This document shows, in pieces, positions 6,928 through 18,391 of a stretch of DNA of 33,485 nucleotides; the stretch's first letter is position 1, and each line of letters opens with the position of its first letter. Under the pieces are notes generated by a model. The model saw only the letters and a list, made by a program, of their open reading frames with translations. It made no database searches and had not been told where the DNA came from. Source of the stretch: an archaeon BMS3Abin16. GTDB taxonomy: Archaea; Hydrothermarchaeota; Hydrothermarchaeia; Hydrothermarchaeales; SZUA-236. The translations under genes and the position numbers were made by a program. The stretch is taken from NCBI GenBank assembly GCA_002923215.1, contig BDTI01000175.1, positions 1-33,485 of the forward strand. The letters run 5' to 3'.

Positions 6928-9918
6928 TGAAACCGCTGATTTAATCGCGGACAACGCGTATTCCATTGCCTGCGCCACTTTTGCAGTGTCCACACCGGAT
7001 CCCTGGCCGAAATCAGGCCGTCCACCGCCCCGCCCGCCGAGAAGCTCTGCAAGCTCACGAGTAAGGCCGCCCATATCAACGGCTGCGTCTCCCCTGGTGG
7101 CTACAACTGAAACCCGATCTCCCACGCCGAAGAGAACAACAATCCGATTCGTGCCTGAAAGCTTCTTCGCAAGCTTGAGAATATCTTTGGCACTGCCTTC
7201 AACCCGGGATACAATGATTTCAAAGCCCCCTGCTGAGAGGACTTCAAATTCCTGCGCCTGATTATCGGTAGCCTCTTTTTTTGCAGTCTCAAGGAGTTTT
7301 CGCTCACCCTTCCAAAGATCATTGAAGATGTGAAGGCACGTTTCATATAGCATGTCCCCCGGCTTGAACTGTGCATGGCTGGGCAGAGGGATTTTATAGG
7401 TTTTCATCTCAGCGCGGTTTTTTGTTATCTCAGCTAGAAACTTTTTCAGGGTTTTAGGCAGATTTTCAGGTGAAACTGAAAAGAGTTGTGAACACCGTGA
7501 AAGCTCCAAATCCAAAGCATTGATATAATCGAGATTACTTTGAAATTCTTTCTGTGAAAGGATACTGTTAGAAGAGGTTTTTATCTCATCACGTCTTGAC
7601 ACAAGGATAGCTTTAGCCCCTTCATCTAGAACTTCTGAGTCAATGATTATATCCATTGTTGCTGTAAGACGACCGAAAATCTCTTTTTCAATAAATTTTT
7701 CAGCCGCGCTGCCTGCTGTGAACTCAAGCCTCACAATTCCGTCCTGAATCTTTGTGGAGCCCATTATCTTGATGATTTTAGCCTCAGAAGTGTTATGTAG
7801 ATGTGTGCCTCCGCAGGCTTCAACATCCAACCCATCGATTCTCACTATTCGAAGCTCTTTTCCTGGAACCGCGCCGCCCTGATAGAGCCTGAATCCATAC
7901 AGTGATTCCGCAACGTCCCGCTTTAAAATCTTGCTCACCACCGGGAGCCCTTCCTTTATTATCTCGTTTGCCCGCCCCTCAATCTCAGCTAACTGTGCGA
8001 AGGAAAGCGCGGCATAATGGGTTATGTCAAGCCTTGCTTTTTCAAGGGTCTTTTCAGCGCCTGCCTGCCAGATATGCTCACCTAAAATCTCGCGTGAAAC
8101 CCCATTTATAATGTGTGTTGCCGTATGATGCTGTGCAAGCTGAGTCCGCCTATCCCGATCAATCCGACAAGCAACCATATCCCCCTCCTTAAAGTCAGGA
8201 TTTTTAACAACATGGACAACAACACTGCCCTGCTTGAAAATATCAGAAACTTTCCTTCCACTGATTGCCCCAATATCGTGAAGTTGTCCGCCGCTTGTAG
8301 GATAAAAAGCAGTTTTGTCAAGCACCACAAACTTGTTATCAATTATCCTCAGAACCTTTGCCTCAAACTCAAGACGAAGATAATCATCATAGTAGAGAAT
8401 CTCTGTCTTCCCAACGCCCTCCAAGGGTAGCTGCAGCCCTTTACCAGTCTTCGCACGCGCCTCCACCTTCTGATGCCGCTCTGAAACCTTAGCATAAAAA
8501 TCAGGCGGAACATCCACCTTGAGATTTGCCTCAGTGAGCATCTGCGGCGTGATTCCCTGCGAGTCATAGAGAGTTATAAGCCGGTCAAGGGTGAGCCCTC
8601 CTTTAAGAGATGCCACAACCCGCTTTGACTTAGCCCTGGTCTCACTATGTTTACGCTCCTCAACCGACAGTATCTCAGCCACCTCATCCAGATGTTCAGC
8701 AAGCTCAGGGTACTGGGGTTTCAAATATTCTGCATGCCAGCTGCATACGTCTACTAATCCGATGTCCCATGAGTTAGATGAAATTATGTCAAGCGCCCTG
8801 CGTAGAAGAGTTCTGAGGTTGTATCCGCCGCCCACGTTTGAGGGGAGCGCGCCATCGGAAAGCGCAACAAGAAGCGAGCGTGTGTGATCGGCAATCGAAT
8901 AAAGCGCCGCCAGCGGCTCAATCTCAGACTTCAACCGGGCGAGTTCAATTCCAATCTCGTCAGAAATGTATTTCCAGACACGTTCAATGTCATCAACCTC
9001 GTCGAAGTTCAGCATCCCGGAGTAAGGGAGAAAACGCTCAACAACATCGTGATTAGGCCGAATACCCGTTGATTTGTAGAGTCGTTCAATCGCTCCTCCG
9101 AAATTTGCCTCATAGCTTGTGGCAGTCCCATGGGTAAACCACGCCGGGCGCTCCTGACCCATACCCATATCAAGCACCTTGATAGCAAGCTCCCTCGGAG
9201 TGCCGGATCGAATGTCATACTGCATATAAACCTGGTTTCCGATCTCCAGCCCGCGGCTGAAAAACTCCATGCTGGGCCCCATGTTCCCGCCGCCTGCCCA
9301 TGTGTCCTCATGAAACTGTATCTCATCCTTGGGAAGGCCCATTCCCCTGATGAGCCACGTGTAGATGTGGCTGAGATAGTCGGGTGGGCTGTAGCTTTCA
9401 GGAGGCTCAAACGCATGCTGGCCTATCATCACAAAACCTGTGTAGTGGCGGCCCGTGTATCCTACGTTGTCGATGTCGTTGAAGCGCAGGCAGAATTGGG
9501 GGACTACAAGCGGGTTTGCGGGCGGCTCTATCTCGCCGGATACTACATAGGGTTGAAAATCATAGATCGATGCCTGCACAAAATCGGTGTCGTCACGCCA
9601 CCGGGCGGCAACAGGATAACGCTGTATCGGTGTGTAGCCAAGACGGGAAAAGAGCTTTGAAAATTCCTGCCAGGTCTCGATGAAATCCATCTTCTTTTTC
9701 GCAGGTGAATTGCCGATGAAGCTGTATCCACCGCTGCACTCAGGCTCGCCGCAAACATCCCTCGAAATAGTGCTCCAAAAGGCTGTGCCGCACCTGCTGC
9801 AGATTCCACGGCTGAACCCCTCCGCTTTCAAAACCTCAACCGGATAAAACCGCTCAGGATCGGCCTTTGCACGGGCCTTGAACTCTGCCTTTATCTTCTT
9901 CTCATTAACAGGAGCCAT
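6919..9918 (-). CDS. alaS: Alanyl-tRNA synthetase, archaeal type
   Basis: N-terminal Zn motif (CSRC..CGEPEC), ASIYDFQP, CLRFNDIDNVG.TGRH, editing HHTATH and EACGGTH, C-Ala GGRGGG. Confidence 0.97.
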   Translation of the reverse strand: MAPVNEKKIKAEFKARAKADPERFYPVEVLKAEGFSRGICSRCGTAFWSTISRDVCGEPECSGGYSFIGNSPAKKKMDFIETWQEFSKLFSRLGYTPIQRYPVAARWRDDTDFVQASIYDFQPYVVSGEIEPPANPLVVPQFCLRFNDIDNVGYTGRHYTGFVMIGQHAFEPPESYSPPDYLSHIYTWLIRGMGLPKDEIQFHEDTWAGGGNMGPSMEFFSRGLEIGNQVYMQYDIRSGTPRELAIKVLDMGMGQERPAWFTHGTATSYEANFGGAIERLYKSTGIRPNHDVVERFLPYSGMLNFDEVDDIERVWKYISDEIGIELARLKSEIEPLAALYSIADHTRSLLVALSDGALPSNVGGGYNLRTLLRRALDIISSNSWDIGLVDVCSWHAEYLKPQYPELAEHLDEVAEILSVEERKHSETRAKSKRVVASLKGGLTLDRLITLYDSQGITPQMLTEANLKVDVPPDFYAKVSERHQKVEARAKTGKGLQLPLEGVGKTEILYYDDYLRLEFEAKVLRIIDNKFVVLDKTAFYPTSGGQLHDIGAISGRKVSDIFKQGSVVVHVVKNPDFKEGDMVACRIDRDRRTQLAQHHTATHIINGVSREILGEHIWQAGAEKTLEKARLDITHYAALSFAQLAEIEGRANEIIKEGLPVVSKILKRDVAESLYGFRLYQGGAVPGKELRIVRIDGLDVEACGGTHLHNTSEAKIIKIMGSTKIQDGIVRLEFTAGSAAEKFIEKEIFGRLTATMDIIIDSEVLDEGAKAILVSRRDEIKTSSNSILSQKEFQSNLDYINALDLELSRCSQLFSVSPENLPKTLKKFLAEITKNRAEMKTYKIPLPSHAQFKPGDMLYETCLHIFNDLWKGERKLLETAKKEATDNQAQEFEVLSAGGFEIIVSRVEGSAKDILKLAKKLSGTNRIVVLFGVGDRVSVVATRGDAAVDMGGLTRELAELLGGRGGGRPDFGQGSGVDTAKVAQAMEYALSAIKSAVSEK

Positions 9919-9994
9919 CAAAAAACAGGTTGCTGAGAAGAGTAATAAAGGTTTTGATACTCTGGAGTATAGTATTCAGTTGAAACCCTATTGA

Positions 9995-10969
9995 TCAGAG
10001 CCACTTTGCAGCGTCTTTAGCAAAATATGTGAGAATCAGATCAGCGCCCGCTCTTTTAATCGAAGTCAAGCTTTCAAGAACCACACTCTGCTCATTGAGA
10101 TATTCTTTTTCAGCCGCTGCTTTTATCATCGAGTACTCGCCGCTCACCTGATAGGCGGCCGTGGGCATTTGAAACTCTTCTTTCACACGCCGGATGATGT
10201 CGAGATAGGGCATGGCTGGTTTCACCATCACAATATCCGCTCCCTCCTCAATGTCGAGATACGTCTCGTGCAGGGCTTCGTCAGAGTTTCGCATGTCCAT
10301 CTGATAGCCCCGCCTGTCACCTGTGGATGGCGAGGAGTATGCTGCGTCTCTGAAGGGGCCAAAAAAGGATGAGGCATACTTGGCTGCATAAGCCATAATC
10401 GGAACCCCGGTGAATCCGGAGTTGTCAAGCGCCTGTCGAATAGCGCCGACCCGGCCGTCCATCATGTCGCTGGGCGCAACCATATCAACGCCCGCACTTG
10501 CGTGGCTTACCGCTTCTTTAGCCAGGAGTTCAAGTGTTGCATCGTTATCGACACTCCCGTTTTCCATTAGCACGCCGCAGTGGCCGTGAGATGTGTATTC
10601 ACACATGCAAACGTCAGTGATAATTACCAGATCATCCCCGACCTCGTCCTTTATCTCCCGAATAGCAGTCTGAACAACGCCGGATTCATCAAAGGCGCTT
10701 GACCCGACCTCGTCCTTTGTTTTCGGGATGCCGAAGAGTATCACGGCCGGAATGCCGAGCTCTACAAGCTCACGGGCTTCTGCGCGCACGTCACCAGGCG
10801 CGAGACGAAATTGCCCAGGCATCGTGGAAATAGGTTGTTTCGACTTCAAGGTTTCATCGATAAAAATAGGGTAGATGAGATCATCAACCGTAAGCCGTGT
10901 TTCCGCAACCATGTCACGGAGCCTGCCCGTCCGTCTAAGCCGCCTCATCCTGCGCGTTGGAAACATCAT
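9995..10969 (-). CDS. hemB: Porphobilinogen synthase
   Basis: [20 protein letters not shown] (Zn site), [31 protein letters not shown]. Confidence 0.97.
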   Translation of the reverse strand: MMFPTRRMRRLRRTGRLRDMVAETRLTVDDLIYPIFIDETLKSKQPISTMPGQFRLAPGDVRAEARELVELGIPAVILFGIPKTKDEVGSSAFDESGVVQTAIREIKDEVGDDLVIITDVCMCEYTSHGHCGVLMENGSVDNDATLELLAKEAVSHASAGVDMVAPSDMMDGRVGAIRQALDNSGFTGVPIMAYAAKYASSFFGPFRDAAYSSPSTGDRRGYQMDMRNSDEALHETYLDIEEGADIVMVKPAMPYLDIIRRVKEEFQMPTAAYQVSGEYSMIKAAAEKEYLNEQSVVLESLTSIKRAGADLILTYFAKDAAKWL

Positions 10970-10970
10970 A

Positions 10971-12308
10971 TTATGACTCACCCCTTAAAAAGTATATTTC
11001 AGCCGCCCGAAGCGCGTCTTTATCATCAATCTCCGCAACACGACGTATCTGCTTTGTAATCGGCGTCATAGTCCGTTTCACAATCACCTTTGTAAGCCTG
11101 TCGATAACCTCTTTTTCCTTTTCCCCGATACCGTTTCCAAGCATAGATATCGCTTTTTCAAGCTCTTTTGTGCGCACCGTCTCAGCGTTTTTGAAGACAG
11201 CAGTTACAATCCGATCCACATCAACGTGATAAAGCTTTTTTTCCAGCAGGCCTATCTCCTCCTCGATTATCTCTTCAACGGCGTAGACCTCTTTCATCCG
11301 CTTCTTCAAGTTTTCATTTGCAACGCTTCGCAGCGAATCAATGTTAAAAAGAGTCACACCATCAAGCATTCCAACAGCAGGCTCAACATCACGGGGATTT
11401 GCAACATCGATTACTACGAGGGCCTCTCCACTCTTTCGCTCGTCAAGAATGGGTTTTACAAGTTCAACTGTGATTATCGGCTTGGTCGCGCCTGTTGCTG
11501 TGAGGAGTAGATCAGTATCAGCCAGCTCCGATTGTATATCTTCAAACTTCACTGCACGCCCTCCCAGCGACTCGGCAAGAACAGCCGCCTTTTCAAAGGT
11601 GCGATTGGCGACCACGATTTCACGGGTCTCAACCTCTGTGAGACTCTTTATTATGAGCTTGCCCATGTCACCTGCGCCGGTAATGAGAACTTTACGGTCT
11701 GAAAGGTCTCCGAACACCTCTTTTGCCAGGTCAACTGCCGCGCTTCCAATCGAGACTGCGCCTTCGTTTATCCGTGTCTCTTTTCGTGCCCTCTGACCCA
11801 CTTTAATGCTCTTTGTAAAAATAGTGGTGAGAAAAGGATTTGTGCACCTGGATTCACGGGCCATTGCTAAAGATTCCTTCATCTGCCCCAGTATCTGGTC
11901 TTCGCCGATGATCATAGACTCCATTCCGCAGGCGAGGCGCAGGAGGTGGAGCAAGGCATTATTGTGATATTCAACCTCGATTACATCGTGGAACTGTTTT
12001 GACGCGGTGATCATGTGTTCAAGGATTTTTTCCCTGGGCATCTTGGACGCGCCGTTTTTAAAATGCGCCTTGAACTTGGCGATGGTTTCACCCATGATAT
12101 AGTCGATCAGGTTGTGATGGGCTTCGCTTATGTTTTCAGCGGCTACGAATATCTCCACCCTGTTACATGTCTGTATCAAAACACAGCCCTTTATCTGTGG
12201 GAGCGCGGCAATATCTCTAAGCGCCTCTTTCGGGTCTGTGAAGGAGATGGATTCAAGGGTTGGTACATCAGCCTTTTTATGAGTGATTCTCACGTTAAGC
12301 GTGTGCAT
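10971..12308 (-). CDS. hemA: Glutamyl-tRNA reductase
   Basis: [41 protein letters not shown]. Confidence 0.97.
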   Translation of the reverse strand: MHTLNVRITHKKADVPTLESISFTDPKEALRDIAALPQIKGCVLIQTCNRVEIFVAAENISEAHHNLIDYIMGETIAKFKAHFKNGASKMPREKILEHMITASKQFHDVIEVEYHNNALLHLLRLACGMESMIIGEDQILGQMKESLAMARESRCTNPFLTTIFTKSIKVGQRARKETRINEGAVSIGSAAVDLAKEVFGDLSDRKVLITGAGDMGKLIIKSLTEVETREIVVANRTFEKAAVLAESLGGRAVKFEDIQSELADTDLLLTATGATKPIITVELVKPILDERKSGEALVVIDVANPRDVEPAVGMLDGVTLFNIDSLRSVANENLKKRMKEVYAVEEIIEEEIGLLEKKLYHVDVDRIVTAVFKNAETVRTKELEKAISMLGNGIGEKEKEVIDRLTKVIVKRTMTPITKQIRRVAEIDDKDALRAAEIYFLRGES

Positions 12309-12459
12309 GATACCTCTTTTTACTCTATAAACATCTGTTTCTAAAAACTTAATCTTATTAATTATTAACCGAATATGTCCAATTGCCAGTATTTCTGTAA
12401 GGTTTAGTATAAAAAACTTGAGTCAATGCTTTTGTAATTTTCCCCCCATGGATTTACAG

Positions 12460-13386
12460 TTAAAACACGGGTTTTCCATCTTTTATTATGACGTGAGTAT
12501 CAACGAAAACCGTGGGATATTTGATTATGCCGTCGAGATGCAGCTCAGCATCCACGGACCCGCCGAAAGACGTGTTGCTGCCGAATGCCACATGCACCGT
12601 GCCCAGGACCTTTTCATCCTCTAAAACATTGCCGGAAAGCCTTGCCATGGGATTTGTGCCGACACCGATTTCAGCCACATTAGTGCTGTTTTCGATGGAC
12701 TTGAAGATATTTTCAAGAGCGCTGTAGTTTGTTGACACCGCCCTGCCATCTTCAACTTCTACAACGATAGGGTCGTGGTCGAGCCCGGAGCCTGCTATCG
12801 GGCCGTCAAAGACAAGCCGACCGCTGGAGCTGCCTTCAACCGGTGCGATAAACCCTTCGCCGCCGGGAAGATTTCCATAGACCCCTTTTTCTGTGAGAAG
12901 CCCGGTATCTGCAAAGCCCTTTCGCCCGGTGATGTCAGCTCTAAAGTTTGTTCCAAGATCGGTTTTAATCAAAACAGTTTTCCCACAGGATAAAATATCG
13001 GCAGCCTTTCGGGACGCCTTTGAAACCTCAGTGTAATCAGCGGTCATCCCCCCGCTTGTGAGCATACCCACTGTTATCCCCGGCATCGAAGCAACACGGG
13101 CGCCATGTTTAACCGCCCTTTTCGTAGCCTCTGTGTGGGTCACGGACTTTGATGTCACACCCACCACAACATCAGCGGCTGCCATCGCCCGGGCAACATC
13201 CAGGGGCAGCTCCTCGCCATGCATACGGCGCGGCTTCATAACTAGGAGCCTGAGATTTTTTGTAAGCGGCTTCAGAGCGGACTTGATAACCTCTGTTGTA
13301 TCGTTCATCGCAGTGTCTGTAAGCAGCAGAACAGACTCGTCATCTTTAATATTGAGGCATGCTTGAAACGTGTCGGAAAGGGTCAT
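12460..13386 (-). CDS. Aminopeptidase T / M29-like metallopeptidase
   Basis: GNLPGGEGFIAP, AEIGVGTNP, LEDEKVLGTVHVAFG, HLD. Confidence 0.8.
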   Translation of the reverse strand: MTLSDTFQACLNIKDDESVLLLTDTAMNDTTEVIKSALKPLTKNLRLLVMKPRRMHGEELPLDVARAMAAADVVVGVTSKSVTHTEATKRAVKHGARVASMPGITVGMLTSGGMTADYTEVSKASRKAADILSCGKTVLIKTDLGTNFRADITGRKGFADTGLLTEKGVYGNLPGGEGFIAPVEGSSSGRLVFDGPIAGSGLDHDPIVVEVEDGRAVSTNYSALENIFKSIENSTNVAEIGVGTNPMARLSGNVLEDEKVLGTVHVAFGSNTSFGGSVDAELHLDGIIKYPTVFVDTHVIIKDGKPVF

Positions 13387-13485
13387 ATCTGCAAATACGT
13401 GGGGCGGTTGATAAATATTGAGGTGAAGTCGCAGACCGCGATTATTGGGACAAGCTATTTTAATTTAAAGACCGAATTTGCTTTG

Positions 13486-14760
13486 ATGGACGTTAAAATC
13501 AAGGAATCAAATATCAGGGATTTCACGGTCACAGCCCCGGCTTCGAAGAGCTACACCCACCGTGCCTATGCCCTGGCGCTTCTAGCTGACGGCCGCTCGC
13601 GGATCCGTAGTCCGCTTAGGGCTGGTGACACTGATTCAACTCTTGCCGCCTGCCAGGCATTGGGTGCAGGTGTAAATGTAGAAGGCAACACCGTTGTTAT
13701 CGATGGCACAGTGGGAGTGCTTGAAACACCGCCTGCCGAGATTGATGTGGGTAACTCTGGAACCACAATACGGCTTTTCACATCGATCGCAGCCCTTAAC
13801 GGCAGGGCACGTCTCACAGGCGATGAATCCATTCAAAAGCGGCCTATGCAACCACTGCTCGACGCACTCAGCCAGCTCGGTGTAAAGGCTGTTTCAACCA
13901 AGGATAATGGTATGCCTCCAATCGAGGTGGCTGGAGGCAAAATCCCCGGAGGCACAGCCAGTATTCGAGGCGACATAAGTTCCCAGTTCATATCATCGCT
14001 CCTCATAGCCGCGCCCTATGCAAGAAAACCGGTAGAAATCGAGCTTACAACACCCTTGAAATCACGGCCCTATGTGGATGTAACACTTGATATTATGAAG
14101 CGATTCAGGCTTACAGTTGAGACTGAAGGGTACCGGAGTTTCACAGTCCCACAGGGAGTTTACAAACACAGGGATTACACTGTTGAAGGTGATTATTCCT
14201 CAGCATCCTATTTCCTCGCGCTCGCGGCGATGACCGGATGCAGTGTTACCGTTGAAAACTTGCAGGCAGATACGGTTCAAGGCGACAGGACTATTCTTAA
14301 CATTCTCAAAGATATGGGTGCAAATATTGTGGTTTCAACAGACTCTGTAAGGGTTGACGGAGAAGGTCTTTCAGGGGTTGAAGTGGATCTTGGTGACACA
14401 CCGGATCTTCTGCCCACTGTTGCTGCGCTTGCAAGCGTTGCAAAGGGCGAAACTGTGATCAGTAATATTGAGCACGCCAGATATAAGGAGTCAGACCGTG
14501 TGGCTGCCTGCGCGAGGGAGTTCGCACGCTTCGGAGTTGAAATCACGGAGGGAAGAGACCACTTGGTAATCAAGGGCGGCGGCAGCTTGAAAGGCGCAAG
14601 GGTTAATAGCTATGGAGACCACAGGATGGTCATGGCGCTAGCAATAGTTGGAGCCTGCGCTGAAGGTGAGACTGTGATCGGCGGAGCAGAATCAGTAGAT
14701 ATTTCATTTCCAGGTTTTTTTGACGTCCTGAAAAAAGCAGGTGCAGAGGTGATGTATTAG
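13486..14760 (+). CDS. aroA: EPSP synthase
   Basis: [37 protein letters not shown]. Start placed at ATG 13486. Confidence 0.97.
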   Translation: MDVKIKESNIRDFTVTAPASKSYTHRAYALALLADGRSRIRSPLRAGDTDSTLAACQALGAGVNVEGNTVVIDGTVGVLETPPAEIDVGNSGTTIRLFTSIAALNGRARLTGDESIQKRPMQPLLDALSQLGVKAVSTKDNGMPPIEVAGGKIPGGTASIRGDISSQFISSLLIAAPYARKPVEIELTTPLKSRPYVDVTLDIMKRFRLTVETEGYRSFTVPQGVYKHRDYTVEGDYSSASYFLALAAMTGCSVTVENLQADTVQGDRTILNILKDMGANIVVSTDSVRVDGEGLSGVEVDLGDTPDLLPTVAALASVAKGETVISNIEHARYKESDRVAACAREFARFGVEITEGRDHLVIKGGGSLKGARVNSYGDHRMVMALAIVGACAEGETVIGGAESVDISFPGFFDVLKKAGAEVMY

Positions 14761-14761
14761 C

Positions 14762-15847
14762 ATGGGTGGAAATAGCTTTGGAGAGATTTTCAGGATAACA
14801 ACATTCGGCGAGTCCCATGGAGCAGGGGTGGGCGTGGTTGTTGATGGTTGCCCGGCAGGACTTAAGCTTTGTGAAGCGGATGTTCAGGCTGAGCTTGACA
14901 GGCGCAGGCCAGGCCAGAGCAGGCTTACAACACCGAGGAGCGAAGCTGACAGTGTTTCCATTCTCTCAGGGGTTTTCGAGGGAAAGACGACTGGCACTCC
15001 AATCGCCATGATTGTGCATAACAAAGACCAGGATTCAAGCGCCTACGAGTCGATTAAGGATCTGGCTAGGCCGAATCACGCGGATTACACATTTTTCATG
15101 AAGTATGGCCTACGTGACTGGAGGGGTGGCGGCAGGTCGTCTGGCCGTGAAACTGTGAGTCGTGTTGCTGCTGGAGCGGTTGCAAAAAAGCTCCTCTCCC
15201 AAAGTGGTGTTTCAGTCATTGGCCACACTGTTGCGGTGGCAGGAATAAAAACAGGGGAGGTTTCACATGCGGGTATCATCGGAAATGCTGAAGATAATCC
15301 TGTACGCTGCGCTGACCCCGATGTTGCGGCAAAGATGGAAGAGGCGATTCTCGCTGCCAAGAGGGAAGGTGACTCAGTTGGAGGAGTGGTGGAGGTAATA
15401 GCCTTAAATGTGCCAGTTGGACTTGGTGAGCCTGTCTTTGACAAGCTTGACGCTGACCTTGCAAAGGCGATTATGTCGATCGGCGCTGTTAAAGGTGTTG
15501 AGATCGGCGCAGGATTTGCAGTCACAGATAGACTGGGGTCTGAAAACAACGATGAATTCATAATTAGGGATGGTAAGGTTGAAACTACATCCAACAACTC
15601 TGGAGGGATCTTGGGCGGGATTTCAAACGGAATGCCGATTGTTCTGCGGGCAGCGGTCAAACCCACGTCATCGATTGCGAAAGAGCAGCGCACCATAGAC
15701 CTCTCAACAGTGGAAGAAGCCACAATCAAAGTAGGCGGCAGACATGACCCATGCATCGTCCCAAGAGTGCTACCCGTGTGCGAGGCAATGGTTGCATTGG
15801 TGCTTGCGGATCATCTCCTTAGAAACAGGGCGTCAAAGGTGTGGTGA
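14762..15847 (+). CDS. aroC: Chorismate synthase
   Basis: [30 protein letters not shown]. Confidence 0.98.
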   Translation: MGGNSFGEIFRITTFGESHGAGVGVVVDGCPAGLKLCEADVQAELDRRRPGQSRLTTPRSEADSVSILSGVFEGKTTGTPIAMIVHNKDQDSSAYESIKDLARPNHADYTFFMKYGLRDWRGGGRSSGRETVSRVAAGAVAKKLLSQSGVSVIGHTVAVAGIKTGEVSHAGIIGNAEDNPVRCADPDVAAKMEEAILAAKREGDSVGGVVEVIALNVPVGLGEPVFDKLDADLAKAIMSIGAVKGVEIGAGFAVTDRLGSENNDEFIIRDGKVETTSNNSGGILGGISNGMPIVLRAAVKPTSSIAKEQRTIDLSTVEEATIKVGGRHDPCIVPRVLPVCEAMVALVLADHLLRNRASKVW

Positions 15848-16080
15848 GCAAGGTAATATCTGGCCGGGGCACCCTCCCGAAAATATTCCAAAAAAATAGG
15901 CCCCCTCTCCCACAAACAGTGTAATGTATGGTTTTTTGGTGTATATCACTTATTGGGGTTCTAACTTTTGAAATCCTAAATGAAAACTCAGAAATCCGCA
16001 TATCCTTTTCGTTTTTCGCAGTTTAATTCGAGAATTTATCAAGAAAAGATTATCTTCGCAAAAGCAACATTAAATCGAGG

Positions 16081-16932
16081 ATGCGCCTCGCTTCAAAGCT
16101 GACTAAAAAGTTTGTGCCCTTCTTAGAAATCCTGAAACTAAAGGGAAGCCTAGTAGATGTCTCAACCATCCTAGTGACTGGAGCATTCACCGGAACAACA
16201 GATCAAAAAATCATCCTAGCCATACTCTCCGGGGCCATGATACACAGCGGAGGAGACATAATAAACGATATCTACGACATCGAGATCGACCGGATATGCA
16301 AGCCCAAGGCGCCGATACCCTCAGGGCGGATGTCGATCAGAACCGCATGGCTCTATCTAACATCGATCGTTGGCGCAGCACTTTATATCTCCATTCTATT
16401 AAGCAGAACCTATTTCAGCCTGTTAATAATAGGAGTGCTAACTGGATACATCCTGTACTCACATCCCAAGTTCAGGTTCAAAGACATCCCCACTCTTTCA
16501 ATAGCGATAATAGCCCTCTATTTTTTTCTTGAATCCCTCGGAGTCTGGAGCATATATTCCCCCATATCAAAAGACGCATTAATCGTGGCGACCTACGTCT
16601 TCTTTCTAACCTTTTCACTCGTCTTTATGAAGGACTTCAGAGACGTGAAGGGAGACATAAACTCGCTTCCCATAATGCTTGGCGCGAGACGAGCGGCAAT
16701 CGTGTCTAGCATCCTCTGTTTAATCCCTTTGATACTACTTGGAGCGCTGTACATTATTTACGGATGGCTTATCATTCTAATAGCATCACTCGTTTTCGCA
16801 GGTCTAATCTCTTTCTGCCTAAGGATACTATTATTTGGTGATCCGGTATCCCGCGGAAGGGAGCTAAAAAACAAGATGATACTAGCCCTCACCATCCCCA
16901 ACATCCTCATCTTCGCTTTGGACAAGTTTTAA
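16081..16932 (+). CDS. UbiA-superfamily prenyltransferase (DGGGP-synthase-like)
   Basis: Asp-rich motifs NDIYDIEIDRICKP..PIPSG and KDFRDVKGD; multiple TM helices. Confidence 0.85.
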   Translation: MRLASKLTKKFVPFLEILKLKGSLVDVSTILVTGAFTGTTDQKIILAILSGAMIHSGGDIINDIYDIEIDRICKPKAPIPSGRMSIRTAWLYLTSIVGAALYISILLSRTYFSLLIIGVLTGYILYSHPKFRFKDIPTLSIAIIALYFFLESLGVWSIYSPISKDALIVATYVFFLTFSLVFMKDFRDVKGDINSLPIMLGARRAAIVSSILCLIPLILLGALYIIYGWLIILIASLVFAGLISFCLRILLFGDPVSRGRELKNKMILALTIPNILIFALDKF

Positions 16933-16946
16933 TTAAAAAAACGGGC

Positions 16947-17582
16947 TTAATCTCGCGGGGCAAAACGTTTGAAAAACTTCCCCCTGAACATTTCAAGCCG
17001 TTTTTCGTCTTTTTCTGTCATAGGCGAGAGCTTCTTATACTTTTCAATAAATTCTTTTTGAATAAAAAAATCTATTATCGAAAAATCCTTTAGAATATAG
17101 ACAGTCGTCTGAATCCCATGATATCGCTCCTTTAGATAAATCTCAGAATAGCTCCTCACAGCATCCTCAGATGTTGCAAGCCCGTGGATTGTTGCAAGAG
17201 TCCCATATGAGGTGGCAACATCCTTTAACAGGACATTTCCAAAAAGCGTTGGCGTGCTCACAATGTCACCCACATTTTTCAGATACTCGTCAGCTGCGAA
17301 TATATGGTCCCTCTCGATTTCATGAAGAGTTACGCTGTTTTCAGCCTCTACAATGATCAGAAACCGGGTTGAATATCCTAGCTTCTCCCAGTCAATCTCC
17401 GCCGTATAGCCTTTAATTATCCCTTTTTTCTCAAGTTCTTTTCGATAATAGGCCGCAGAATTCTCGCTTTTATAGCCTAGGATATCCTTCAATTTGGAGT
17501 CGGTAAGCCGACCGTTTCGCATAAGGCTGACGATGGTTAGGGTCTGATTTCTATTAAGATTGGGAAATAGGTTTTCAATCAT
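16947..17582 (-). CDS. Lrp/AsnC-type HTH regulator with an atypical C-terminal domain
   Basis: LMRNGRLTD...YYRKELEKKGIIKGYTAEIDWEKLGY. Start moved to ATG 17582 because the upstream extension is A-tract sequence. Confidence 0.8.
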   Translation of the reverse strand: MIENLFPNLNRNQTLTIVSLMRNGRLTDSKLKDILGYKSENSAAYYRKELEKKGIIKGYTAEIDWEKLGYSTRFLIIVEAENSVTLHEIERDHIFAADEYLKNVGDIVSTPTLFGNVLLKDVATSYGTLATIHGLATSEDAVRSYSEIYLKERYHGIQTTVYILKDFSIIDFFIQKEFIEKYKKLSPMTEKDEKRLEMFRGKFFKRFAPRD

Positions 17583-17770
17583 CCTGTTTTCAATTTGAAG
17601 GCAAGACAAATAAAGCTTTCTGCAAAAAACATAAAAAGTCATCAAAAAGATAGCAAAACAATAGGCACAGAAGCATTCAAAGCAACAAATGCAAAGGACA
17701 CATATACTGAAATATCCAATTAAAAAAGCAGAAATCTTTTTATGCCTCTGCACGGTTCCCTATCTTAGAT

Positions 17771-18391
17771 ATGAAAGCAAATATTAAGAGCCTCTTTCTA
17801 ACAGGCCTCGTCATCTTCGTGCCCCTGGCAGCGACACTCTATGTGCTTGTAGTAGGCTTTAGGTTTCTAGACAGCATACTCAGGCCCTTTATCACAACCC
17901 TGATAGGATTTGCGGGAAGCAAGTTCTATATCCCAGGAATCAGCCTTCTTGTGCTGTTTTTTTTGATAACACTTCTCGGCGCCTTTGCCCGCATCACACT
18001 TGGACAAAAGCTTGTAAACGCCTTTGAAAACCTGCTCTTAAAACTCCCCCTTGTAAAAGGCATATACTCAACAGTCAAACATGCAAGCACCGCCTTTTTA
18101 TCAAACCACAGCCCAGGCTTCATGGGTGTTGTGCTCGTGGAATACCCTAGAAGAGGAGTCTATGTAATCGGCCTCACAACCGCAGTCGGTGTGGAGGAGA
18201 TACAGGCCAAGACCATGCAGAAGATGATAAACGTGTTCATACCAACCTCACCCAACCCGACGTCAGGCATGCTGCTCATTGTTCCAGAGGATGAGGTGAT
18301 CAAGCTTGATATGACTGTTGATGAAGGCCTTAAGCTTGTGATCTCCGGCGGTTTTTCCAATGTTAAAAATGATTCCAAAGAGTCATCCTAG
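17771..18391 (+). CDS. DUF502-family membrane protein
   Basis: FLTGL..VPL..T, LPLVKGIY, VVLVEYPRRG, VFIPTSPNPTSG. Confidence 0.9.
   Translation: MKANIKSLFLTGLVIFVPLAATLYVLVVGFRFLDSILRPFITTLIGFAGSKFYIPGISLLVLFFLITLLGAFARITLGQKLVNAFENLLLKLPLVKGIYSTVKHASTAFLSNHSPGFMGVVLVEYPRRGVYVIGLTTAVGVEEIQAKTMQKMINVFIPTSPNPTSGMLLIVPEDEVIKLDMTVDEGLKLVISGGFSNVKNDSKESS

Noticed and set aside
13363..13485. N-terminal extension of aroA (likewise cooC 22891-22971 and the pilin ORF 5180-5311)
   Set aside because: Overlaps neighbouring genes or promoters; homology begins at downstream ATGs.
15085..15756. 223-aa antisense ORF in aroC (similar ones occur in alaS, hemA, cdhD and glyA/pyrF)
   Set aside because: Shadow ORFs opposite well-conserved genes, with no motifs.
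15924..16026. Short ORFs upstream of ubiA (e.g. MYGFLVYITYWGSNF) as possible prenylated-peptide precursors
   Set aside because: No SD or promoter support; expected by chance; UbiA enzymes are not known to me as peptide prenyltransferases.
17583..17753. Cys/Phe-rich N-terminal extension of the second Lrp in the ORF track
   Set aside because: It is the translation of the A-tract intergenic region; the Lrp domain starts near ATG 17582.
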